A program made the translations under genes and the position numbers. A DNA stretch of 64,000 nt, from assembly GCA_050174015.1 (NCBI GenBank), contig JBFXKG010000005.1, positions 96,001 to 160,000 of the forward strand, read 5' to 3'. Source of the DNA: Candidatus Krumholzibacteriia bacterium (lineage in GTDB: Bacteria; Krumholzibacteriota; Krumholzibacteriia; LZORAL124-64-63). Positions 29,158 through 36,848 of this stretch are shown here, piece by piece. The notes beneath the pieces were generated by a model, which saw nothing but the letters and a program-made list of their open reading frames with translations, had not been told where the DNA came from and did not search any database. Numbering within the stretch: the stretch's first letter is position 1; every line of letters begins with the position of its first letter.

Positions 29158-30624
29158 TCAATCCTGGTTCACGTCGGAGTAGGCGTTCTTCAGCTCATAC
29201 CGCGAAACCCCGCGTTTCTTGTCCGGATCGCCCTCGTAGCCCAGGGCCTTCCAGTCGATGCGCCCCTGGCCTTCCTTGGGATGGCAGTCGACGCACTTCA
29301 GGGCGTACTGGGCGGGAGCGACCATGTGGTTGATCTTCCAGTAGGCCGAGGTCTCGGCGAAGCCGTACTCGCCGCCGTACTCCAGGCCCACCGCCTCCAT
29401 GCCCTGCTTCATGGCGCTGTCCCAGTCCCACCCGTTCTTCCAGTAGCCGGTCTTGCCGAAGAGCTTGGGCACGGCCAGGATCCGGGCCTGCTTGTCGTAG
29501 GGCTGCTTGCCGCGCATGACCTTGAACGGGTAGATCTTGGCCTTGGGGTCGAGGCGGTTGCCCTGGAGCCAGTTCAGGTGGGTCACGCCGTCGGGGTTCA
29601 TCGCATCGCCCAGGGTGTACTGGCCGCTGACCCCGTTGTACCACGCGTAGGTGGGGACGACGTTCTTCTCCCATTTGAAGGAGCCCTTCTTGATGTCGTA
29701 GACGGGCATCCCGAATTCGTCCACGGTCGCTTCGATGTTCTGGCCGGCGGTGGACCAGTCCCACCAGGTCTTGGTGGGATTGGCGCGGGCGAACTGGGGG
29801 ATGTGGCAGGTCTGGCAGGCCACGGTCTTGTTGTGCCAGTTCAGGATCCGCTTGGCGTGCAGATCCTCGTCGTGGCAGCTGGTGCACTCGAGGTGGTTGG
29901 TGCCCCCGGGCGAATCGAACATGGCGTTGCCCGCGATGTCGTGGTCGGTGGTGGTGTGGCACTCCTGGCAGGTGAAGTCCTGGCCTTCGGGGCTCATGTG
30001 GACGTCGATGGCCAGCGGGGGTTCGGCCAGGGCCTTTTCCAGGTCGCCGTGCTTGACGTTGTTGCCGCCGCCGCCGTAGAAGTGGCAGGCGCCGCAGTTC
30101 TCGCGGCTGGGCATTCCGGCGCTGCGGGCGATGCTGGCCAGGTCCAGGGGCTCCCAGATCTTGCCCTCCCACTCGGTGGGCTCGTAGACGGGATGGCCCG
30201 CCCCGGTGGGGAACTTCCGGTAGGAGCCGGTCTGGTCATGGCAGACCAGGCAGTCGATGTTCCCGGGGTTGTCGAAGTCGAAGGTTGCGTCCTTCCAGCC
30301 GTAGCCCGCATGGCAGCTGGTGCACCGCGGCCAGTTGGAATCCAGGGCGATGCAGAAATTGTTCAGGGCGTTCTTCTTGCCGAGGGGGACCTGGCCCTTG
30401 CCCACGACGTCCTGGAGGGGCATCCAGGTCCAGTGGGACGTCTTCATGAAGTCGTGGGCGGCGTCGTCATGGCATTCCAGGCAGACCGCGGTCACGGCGG
30501 GGCCGTTTTCGAAGGGACCTTCGATGTCCTGGTGATCGGGGACCACGTTCAGGGCGAGGGCCTGACCGCAGGCGGCGGCCAGGACCAAGGCCAGGATGGT
30601 CTGGAATTGGGAAACTCGGCGCAT
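29158..30624 (-). CDS. Octaheme c-type cytochrome, tetrathionate reductase (OTR) family
   Basis: Eight CxxCH motifs; HWTW, GKKNALNNFC, KHGDL, WDWS, INHMV; signal peptide. Confidence 0.93.
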   Translation of the reverse strand: MRRVSQFQTILALVLAAACGQALALNVVPDHQDIEGPFENGPAVTAVCLECHDDAAHDFMKTSHWTWMPLQDVVGKGQVPLGKKNALNNFCIALDSNWPRCTSCHAGYGWKDATFDFDNPGNIDCLVCHDQTGSYRKFPTGAGHPVYEPTEWEGKIWEPLDLASIARSAGMPSRENCGACHFYGGGGNNVKHGDLEKALAEPPLAIDVHMSPEGQDFTCQECHTTTDHDIAGNAMFDSPGGTNHLECTSCHDEDLHAKRILNWHNKTVACQTCHIPQFARANPTKTWWDWSTAGQNIEATVDEFGMPVYDIKKGSFKWEKNVVPTYAWYNGVSGQYTLGDAMNPDGVTHLNWLQGNRLDPKAKIYPFKVMRGKQPYDKQARILAVPKLFGKTGYWKNGWDWDSAMKQGMEAVGLEYGGEYGFAETSAYWKINHMVAPAQYALKCVDCHPKEGQGRIDWKALGYEGDPDKKRGVSRYELKNAYSDVNQD

Positions 30625-30853
30625 GGACGTTGCCTCCGTGTGGAGCCCCCGATCCGTCACGTTCCCCCTGTCAGGGACCGGGTCGGAGCGCTGTGAAATC
30701 ATTAACCCTGCCTCAAAATTCACCCAGCCCGGGGGTATAATCAAGAAATTTCATGACAAATTGATGACATAAAGGAGATTGGAACCGTCCGATATTCGTT
30801 CTGGGAAGTAAATCAAGAGAGCATTCTGCCGACAAAGAGGGCAGGAGGTCGCC

Positions 30854-31258
30854 ATGATCCAGAGATTCTGCCCCCACCTCGAGGAATACGGGGTCCAGTT
30901 CACGAAGACAGCCGCGTCATACGAGGCGTTCAACGCCCACATGGACCGGTTCATCGAGGAAGGTCGCCCGCCGGAACTGGTCGAGGTCCTGAATCAGACG
31001 CTCGAGGAGTGGCGCAAGGAGAACAGGACCCTGCGGGCCATGTTTCTGGAACTGTACGAAAACGGCAGGATCCTGCTGCCCAAGGGAGCTCTGCGGCAGG
31101 CGCGCCGACACGACCATCAGGTCCACGGGAAGGCCAAATGCAGCGATTGCTTCCGGGAGGTCCCGCGCCTGGTCTTCGGCGAATGGCAGCTGGCCCACAA
31201 CGGGATGGTCAACTTCCGCGGCCGGGAACTTCCCCAGGGGACGGGAGCGGGAGTCTGA
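30854..31258 (+). CDS. Hypothetical protein (one CxxC)
   Basis: AGGAGG RBS, coding-like codon usage, KCSDC. Confidence 0.7.
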   Translation: MIQRFCPHLEEYGVQFTKTAASYEAFNAHMDRFIEEGRPPELVEVLNQTLEEWRKENRTLRAMFLELYENGRILLPKGALRQARRHDHQVHGKAKCSDCFREVPRLVFGEWQLAHNGMVNFRGRELPQGTGAGV

Positions 31259-31261
31259 CCC

Positions 31262-31657
31262 TCAGGCTCCGAAGAAGTTCGTCTTGCCCAGGTTGTCGAC
31301 GTCCTCGCCGAAGGCCATGACCTCGTCCTCGCTGATCACGAAGGTCGCATGCTGGCCGTAGACCCGGCTGAATTCCACGGACTTGTTCCTGGCGCCGGGG
31401 ACCACCAGAGTCAACCGCGCGAAGTTCTTGTTGCTGGGTGAGGTCAGATCCTCGTGGCAGACGGGGCAACAGAACTTCACGGCCTCGCCGGTCTTCAGGC
31501 AGGTCTCGAGCTTCTCGTCGCAGATGAACTTGAAGTTGCCGGGCTGGGGACTGAGCAGGATGAGCCCTCGATTCTTCCTGCACCCGATGGTGAGGAGGAT
31601 CTTCACGCTCGGGTTGAGGACGGCGTCGCAGTGGGGACAGATGTAGACTTTCTTCAT
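31262..31657 (-). CDS. Hypothetical zinc-ribbon protein
   Basis: YICPHC and FCCPVCH; start after the AGGGAA RBS. Confidence 0.8.
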   Translation of the reverse strand: MKKVYICPHCDAVLNPSVKILLTIGCRKNRGLILLSPQPGNFKFICDEKLETCLKTGEAVKFCCPVCHEDLTSPSNKNFARLTLVVPGARNKSVEFSRVYGQHATFVISEDEVMAFGEDVDNLGKTNFFGA

Positions 31658-31725
31658 TTCCCTACCTCTGGGCACGGAAGCAACGGGAACCCGGCGCAAG
31701 CACCGCAAGCCCGGATCCTATCACA

Positions 31726-31926
31726 TCAGGAACGGGAATCATCCCTCTTTTCCTCTCCGCCGGAGAGGAGGCTCCAGCCGAAGGCCCCGCCCATCAGGAC
31801 CATCAGGACCGGGTTGGAGGTGAGGCTTCAGCCACCCCCGTTGCAGGCGATCCAGCGGTTGGCGAGGAAGCCTGCGGCGGCGCCCAGCCCGGCCCCCAGG
31901 ATGGGTCTCGATCGTTTCCAGTTCAT
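31726..31926 (-). CDS. DUF6132-like small membrane protein, probable selenoprotein (in-frame TGA at 31828-31830)
   Basis: AAGGAGGA RBS; MNWKRSRPILGAGLGAAAGFLANRWIACNGGG-U-SLTSNPVLMVLMGGAFGWSLLSGGEEKRDDSRS*; the family pattern C-x2-G-x-C-P-[LI]-T-S-N-P continues after the TGA. Confidence 0.8.
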
Positions 31927-32073
31927 GCGGTCCTCCTTGGATTCCTCCAATATCCCATGCGGGAGGGATTTTGCCAGGATCAAATGCCGGATTCCGATCA
32001 TTCCCGGGATAAAATATGACCAATGTGGTGAATTTTTATTATGCTTAAAGTCATTCTGGATGGAAAAATCCGG

Positions 32074-32102
32074 TTGACATTTCCTTGTTTTTTCGATAAA
32101 CT
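32074..32102 (+). promoter_or_regulatory. Sigma-70 promoter for pair 1
   Basis: TTGACA-17nt-TAAACT. Confidence 0.65.
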
Positions 32103-32150
32103 GAATGCATTGAATGTATTCGCAGCGCCAGGGGACGCAGTGCAATCAAC

Positions 32151-32165
32151 CAGGAAAAATTCCTG
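32151..32165. promoter_or_regulatory. Palindromic operator, copy 1
   Basis: CAGGAA-AAA-TTCCTG; recurs before pairs 2 and 3. Confidence 0.7.
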
Positions 32166-32306
32166 ATAACATTTCCCGGTCATGCCCAGGGAATCGGGTA
32201 AGACCCGGGAAATCCTGGAAACAATTCGCAAGGCATCGGTTTGTGATCGCTCAAAGCGGACATGAATCATCGGAATTGAACACCAAGAACTTCTGGGGGT
32301 CACACC

Positions 32307-32969
32307 ATGATCAGTTTGGTCAAGAAAATGTCCCTGGCGTTGGTCCTGGCAGCGGTGCTGTCCGTGCCGGCCTTCGCCCAGGTCGCTTCCATCGATTATA
32401 TCGGATTCGGGTACGAGACCGGAGGCATCTTCCCCAGCGATCCGGGGGATGAACTGGTGGTCGCCGCCATCGCCGACTGGGTCGACGCTGAGTTCGGCGT
32501 CGATCTCGGCGCGGATGAGCTGACCTTCCACGTCTACGGCCTGATCAGCACCGGCCAGTTCAGCTCCGGCGGCAACACCGTGGTCGGCTACACGGGCGGC
32601 GTCCTGGAGATCTACCAGGATTCCGGCAAGAACGCCGACTGGGGCGTCAATCCCCCCAACGCCACCTCTCCCGGCACCTTCTCCGACGGAACCCTCTTCT
32701 TCCAGGGCTCGTTCAACGACTTCACGCTCTTCTTCACGCCCGACGGCAACGGGGCCTTCGAGGGCTCCCTCGACGCCCTGGGCGGAACGATGATCGACGG
32801 CAGCTGCGCCGGGTGCGTGTACACCTGGGGCGGGGCGTTCACCCGTGATGCCGGGGCGCTGATTCCAGGGGGTTACGACCTCCAGATCGACGGCGTGTTC
32901 CAGATCGACGCCACCGTTTCCAGCGAGACCAGCAACTGGGGATCCGTCAAGGCCCTGTTCAACAACTAG
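32307..32969 (+). CDS. Secreted protein, family A copy 1, C-terminal WGSVKALF tail
   Basis: Signal peptide; CAGC; ends SNWGSVKALFNN; paralog of 33883 and 35453. Confidence 0.9.
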   Translation: MISLVKKMSLALVLAAVLSVPAFAQVASIDYIGFGYETGGIFPSDPGDELVVAAIADWVDAEFGVDLGADELTFHVYGLISTGQFSSGGNTVVGYTGGVLEIYQDSGKNADWGVNPPNATSPGTFSDGTLFFQGSFNDFTLFFTPDGNGAFEGSLDALGGTMIDGSCAGCVYTWGGAFTRDAGALIPGGYDLQIDGVFQIDATVSSETSNWGSVKALFNN

Positions 32970-33019
32970 GAAGATCAGCCCGGGCCGTGACAGGCCTGGG
33001 ATTCCGGGAGGAATACAGC

Positions 33020-33640
33020 ATGAAGAAGAGGATCATGGTTCTGCTGGTCGCCGCCGCCTCGGTCCTGGTTCCCATGACCGCCCAGGCCCAGCAGCTTTTC
33101 GATTTCAACGGCCAGACCGACCTGCCGGACATGGTGGGATCCGACCTGACGATGTACAGCCGGATGTTCGACGCCTCTCCGGCGGTTCCGCCCATCCCCC
33201 TTGACTTCGCCAACTACGAGTTCACCCTGGTGGTGACCGGGCTCGAACTGGTGACCGACGGGAATCCCCAGGCTTACGCCGGGGGCACCGTGATCATCTA
33301 CCAGGATGACGCCACGCCGGCGGATTACGCCAACACCGGGACCTTCACCGACGGCACCGCCATCCTGGTGGGCAGCCTGGTCAGCCTGAACCGGACCATG
33401 TTCACCTCGTCCCTGGGCTCCGTCCTGGGCACCGTGGACTGGACCGGGGGGACCCGCCTGGACGACATCGCCCCCGAGGATCAGGACGGCTGGGCCTTCC
33501 TGTCGGGTACGATCAACCGGGCCGATTCCGTCGAACCCGGCTTCGATGAGGCCTGGGACGGGAAGGTCGAACCGCAGGAGCCCATCGTGGACGATCAGAA
33601 CAGCAGCTGGGGATCCGTGAAGGCTCTTTTCAGTCGCTAG
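33020..33640 (+). CDS. Secreted protein, family B copy 1, C-terminal WGSVKALF tail
   Basis: GGAGG RBS; signal peptide; QQLFDFNGQ; ends SSWGSVKALFSR. Confidence 0.9.
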   Translation: MKKRIMVLLVAAASVLVPMTAQAQQLFDFNGQTDLPDMVGSDLTMYSRMFDASPAVPPIPLDFANYEFTLVVTGLELVTDGNPQAYAGGTVIIYQDDATPADYANTGTFTDGTAILVGSLVSLNRTMFTSSLGSVLGTVDWTGGTRLDDIAPEDQDGWAFLSGTINRADSVEPGFDEAWDGKVEPQEPIVDDQNSSWGSVKALFSR

Positions 33641-33665
33641 CCGCCATGCGAGGCTTGAGGCGCAG

Positions 33666-33695
33666 GGGCCCCGACCAGGTTCGGGGCCCTTTTTT
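33666..33695 (+). terminator. Intrinsic terminator after pair 1
   Basis: GGGCCCCGA/TCGGGGCCC plus T6. Confidence 0.85.
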
Positions 33696-33727
33696 GATAG
33701 GTGGCGTCATTTTCCCGCCCTGGTCAT

Positions 33728-33778
33728 TTAGGAAAAATTCCTAATATTGTTGAAATCGTTCGGGAAATGGCGTAGGAT
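33728..33778 (+). promoter_or_regulatory. Palindromic operator copy 2 plus sigma-70 promoter
   Basis: TTAGGAA-AAA-TTCCTAA (33728-33744), 5 nt, then TTGAAA-17nt-TAGGAT. Confidence 0.7.
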
Positions 33779-33882
33779 TTTTCACAGACGATTCAAAATT
33801 GATGACATAGGGTGCCGGAGATGATGGGAATCACAACGGACGATCCCGGCCGTGATGCGGCCCGGATCCTGGGGGTACGACG

Positions 33883-34551
33883 ATGAAGAGAACCTATGTT
33901 CCGAAGGTGCTGGTGGGCGCCTTGCTTCCGGCCCTGTTCGCGGTCCCAGCCCTGGGACAGGTCTATTCGATCGATTACTTGGGCTATGCCTGGGAAACCG
34001 GCGGGATCCTGCCCAGCGATGCGGGCGACGAACTGGTCATCGTCAGCGTCGCGGACAACGTCGATCCCGCCTTCGGGGTCGATCTGGGCACCGATGAGCT
34101 GACCTTCCACGTCTACGGCCTGATCAGCGGCGGCGAGACGGATTTCCTCGGCAACACCATGATCAACTATTCCGGCGGCTACCTGGAGATCTACCAGGAT
34201 CCTTCGCGGAACGCCGATTGGGGCGTCGATCCCCCCAATGCGACCGCGCCCGGCTCCTTCACCGAGGGCAGCCTGTTCTTCCGTGGCGCCTTCACGGCGT
34301 TCACCCTGTTCTTCGATCCCAGCGGCAGTTACGGTTCCTTCGAGGGGACTCTCGACGGCCTCGCGGGATCGATCATCGACGATGTCTGCTCCGACTGCGT
34401 GTACACGTGGGGCGGGGCGTTCACCCTGGATGCCGGCGCCCAGATTCCGCAGGGCTATGACCTCCAGATCGACGGCGTCTTCGAGATCGACGCGGCCGTG
34501 TCCTCGGAATCCGCGAGCTGGGGTTCGGTGAAGGCGCTCTTCAACAATTGA
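33883..34551 (+). CDS. Secreted protein, family A copy 2
   Basis: Paralog of 32307; CSDC; ends ASWGSVKALFNN. Confidence 0.9.
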   Translation: MKRTYVPKVLVGALLPALFAVPALGQVYSIDYLGYAWETGGILPSDAGDELVIVSVADNVDPAFGVDLGTDELTFHVYGLISGGETDFLGNTMINYSGGYLEIYQDPSRNADWGVDPPNATAPGSFTEGSLFFRGAFTAFTLFFDPSGSYGSFEGTLDGLAGSIIDDVCSDCVYTWGGAFTLDAGAQIPQGYDLQIDGVFEIDAAVSSESASWGSVKALFNN

Positions 34552-34598
34552 GGTTTGCATCGCTCCGCGGGGGGCTTGTGACATCTGGAGGTTGCAAC

Positions 34599-35219
34599 AT
34601 GAGATTCACGGTAAAGATCCTGCTGGCCGTCCTGGCGCTGGCTTCGCTTCCGGTGGCCGTGCAGGCCCAGCAGCTGTTCGACTTCAACGGTCAGGCGGTC
34701 CTGCCCGCCGGAACGGGCGGGACCCTGACCATGCACAGCATCGTTTACGACGCGGCTCCCGCCGTGACGCCGATTCCCCTGGATTTCGCGAACTTCGAGT
34801 TCACGATCGTCGTGGAGAACCTGATCCTGGATGTGGACGGGAATCCGCAGACGTACTCCGGAGGCACGGTCACCCTGTACCAGGACGCTGCGACGGCCGC
34901 GGACTTCGGGGACCTCTCGACCTTCACGGACGGGACGGCGATCCTGATCGGGACCATCACCACCCTGAACCGGACGCTGTTCACGGCGACCCTGGGGTCG
35001 GTGCTGGGTTCGGTGGACTGGACCGGCGGGACCCGCCTGGACGACATCGCACCCTGGGATCAGGGTGGCTGGGCGTTCCTGAGCGGCCTGACCAATCGGG
35101 TGGATTCGGTGGTGCCGGGATTCGACGAGGCCTGGGACGGGAAGATCGAACCGTCCGAGCCCATCGTCGCCGGCGAGGCGAGTTCCTGGGGTTCGGTCAA
35201 GGCCCTGTTCAATCGTTGA
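34599..35219 (+). CDS. Secreted protein, family B copy 2
   Basis: GGAGG RBS; paralog of 33020; ends SSWGSVKALFNR. Confidence 0.9.
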   Translation: MRFTVKILLAVLALASLPVAVQAQQLFDFNGQAVLPAGTGGTLTMHSIVYDAAPAVTPIPLDFANFEFTIVVENLILDVDGNPQTYSGGTVTLYQDAATAADFGDLSTFTDGTAILIGTITTLNRTLFTATLGSVLGSVDWTGGTRLDDIAPWDQGGWAFLSGLTNRVDSVVPGFDEAWDGKIEPSEPIVAGEASSWGSVKALFNR

Positions 35220-35234
35220 CCGCCTCCCGTTCAT

Positions 35235-35269
35235 CTGCGAGCCCCGGCCTGCGGGGCTCGCAGTTTTTT
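35235..35269 (+). terminator. Intrinsic terminator after pair 2
   Basis: CTGCGAGCCCCG/CGGGGCTCGCAG plus T6. Confidence 0.85.
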
Positions 35270-35324
35270 GACCACATGTGCTCGAATTTGGTATATCGTT
35301 GCCATCATTGAAGTTGGTGAAAGA

Positions 35325-35374
35325 TAAGAAAAATTCCTAATTCCATTGCATTTTCTGGCCGGCCGTGCTAGTCT
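35325..35374 (+). promoter_or_regulatory. Palindromic operator copy 3 plus sigma-70 promoter
   Basis: TAAGAA-AAA-TTCCTAA (35325-35340), 5 nt, then TTGCAT-17nt-TAGTCT with TGn extension. Confidence 0.65.
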
Positions 35375-35452
35375 CACCCTGAAATCGCCCACCAATTAAA
35401 ACTCAATTCGATATATGCGACCCGCAACTCGAGTTCAGCTGGAGGGAAGATC

Positions 35453-36115
35453 ATGAAGAAAACCTTCACCCCTTGCGCCCTGGTGAGCCTGCTGCTCGCT
35501 TTCGTTCTGGCGGTGCCGGCGCTGGGGCAGGTGTATTCCGTCGATTATCTCGGTTATGGCTGGGAGCAGGGCGGCCCCCTGAAGGCCGCCGGTGATGAAC
35601 TGATCATCACGGCCACGTCGACCTACGTGCATCCTGCCTTCGGCGTCGATCTCGGAACCGAGGAATTGACCTTCTACGTCTCGAGCTTGATCAGCAACGG
35701 CCCGACGGACTACTTCGGCAACACCCAGATCAACTACACCGGCGGCATTCTCGAGATCTATCAGGATCCCCTGATGAACGCGGACTGGGGAGTCAATCCT
35801 CCCAACGCCACCTCACCGGGCAGCTTCCAGGAAGGCAGCCTGTTCTTCGCGGGGGCGTTCACCGCCTTCACCATGTTCTTCGATCCTTCCGGGTCCTACG
35901 GTTCGTTCGAGGGGACCCTCGACGGGGTGGCCGGCTCCATCATCGACGGGGTCTGCTCCGATTGCGTCTACACCTGGGGTGGCGCCTTCCAGACCGGTTC
36001 CGGGGCCCAGATTCCCGAGGGGTACTGGATCCAGGTCGATGGCGTGTTCGAGATCGATGCCGCCGTATCTTCGGAGGCCGCCAGCTGGGGCTCCGTCAAA
36101 GCACTTTTCAACTAG
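35453..36115 (+). CDS. Secreted protein, family A copy 3
   Basis: Paralog; CSDC; ends ASWGSVKALFN. Confidence 0.9.
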   Translation: MKKTFTPCALVSLLLAFVLAVPALGQVYSVDYLGYGWEQGGPLKAAGDELIITATSTYVHPAFGVDLGTEELTFYVSSLISNGPTDYFGNTQINYTGGILEIYQDPLMNADWGVNPPNATSPGSFQEGSLFFAGAFTAFTMFFDPSGSYGSFEGTLDGVAGSIIDGVCSDCVYTWGGAFQTGSGAQIPEGYWIQVDGVFEIDAAVSSEAASWGSVKALFN

Positions 36116-36160
36116 TCCGGTAGGATTCGCCGCGACGCCCTGCGGCATGGGAGGACGGAA

Positions 36161-36769
36161 ATGAAGAACGCAATCAAGGGAATGCTGATCGTCCTGGCGG
36201 TGGTTGCCTTGCCCCTGTCCGCCTCGGCGCAACAGTTGTTCGACTTCAACGGCCAGGCCATGGTGCCTGCGGTGGTCGGCGGCACGCTGAGCATGTACAG
36301 CGTGATGTACGATCCCGCCCCGCAGACCACGCCCCTCCCGCTGGACTTCGACAACTTCGAATACACGCTGGTGGTTTCGGGAGCGACCCTCGACGTCAAC
36401 GGCAATCCCCAGTCCTACGTCGGCGGCGTGCTGACGATCTACGAGGACGCGGGTACGGCGGCCGACTTCGCCAACACCGCGACGTTCACCGACGGCACGG
36501 CCATCCTGGTGGGGAGCTTCACCTCCCTCAACCGGATCGTCTTCCTGAGCACGGGTTCGGTCCAGGGCTACCTGGACTGGAACGGAGGCGCCTGGCTGAA
36601 CGACATCGCGCCCGAGGATCAGACCGGCTGGGCCTTCCTTGCCGGCACCAACAGCCGCAGCCCCGAACCCGGATATTCGGAGACCTGGGACGGCAAGGTG
36701 GAGCCGCCGACGGTCATCGTCGACGACCACGTCTCCTCCTTCGGCTCGGTCAAGGCGCTGTTCAAGTAG
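36161..36769 (+). CDS. Secreted protein, family B copy 3
   Basis: Paralog; ends SSFGSVKALFK. Confidence 0.9.
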   Translation: MKNAIKGMLIVLAVVALPLSASAQQLFDFNGQAMVPAVVGGTLSMYSVMYDPAPQTTPLPLDFDNFEYTLVVSGATLDVNGNPQSYVGGVLTIYEDAGTAADFANTATFTDGTAILVGSFTSLNRIVFLSTGSVQGYLDWNGGAWLNDIAPEDQTGWAFLAGTNSRSPEPGYSETWDGKVEPPTVIVDDHVSSFGSVKALFK

Positions 36770-36794
36770 CCGTTTCCGCCGGCCGGACAGAATG

Positions 36795-36820
36795 ACGGAC
36801 CGCCCTTCGGGGCGGTCCGT
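36795..36820. terminator. Probable bidirectional terminator
   Basis: ACGGACCGCCC-TTCG-GGGCGGTCCGT between convergent genes. Confidence 0.75.
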
Positions 36821-36848
36821 TCATTCATGCCCAAGGGTGCGGCGCCGG

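Noticed and set aside
30690..30775. Rex or FNR box upstream of the octaheme cytochrome
   Set aside because: Only partial matches (CTGTGAAATCATTAACCC; TTGATGACATAAA) in an AT-rich patch
32307..36769. Diversity-generating retroelement or invertible cassette behind the A-B copies
   Set aside because: No reverse transcriptase or recombinase nearby, differences are not adenine-specific, and all copies are intact and co-oriented
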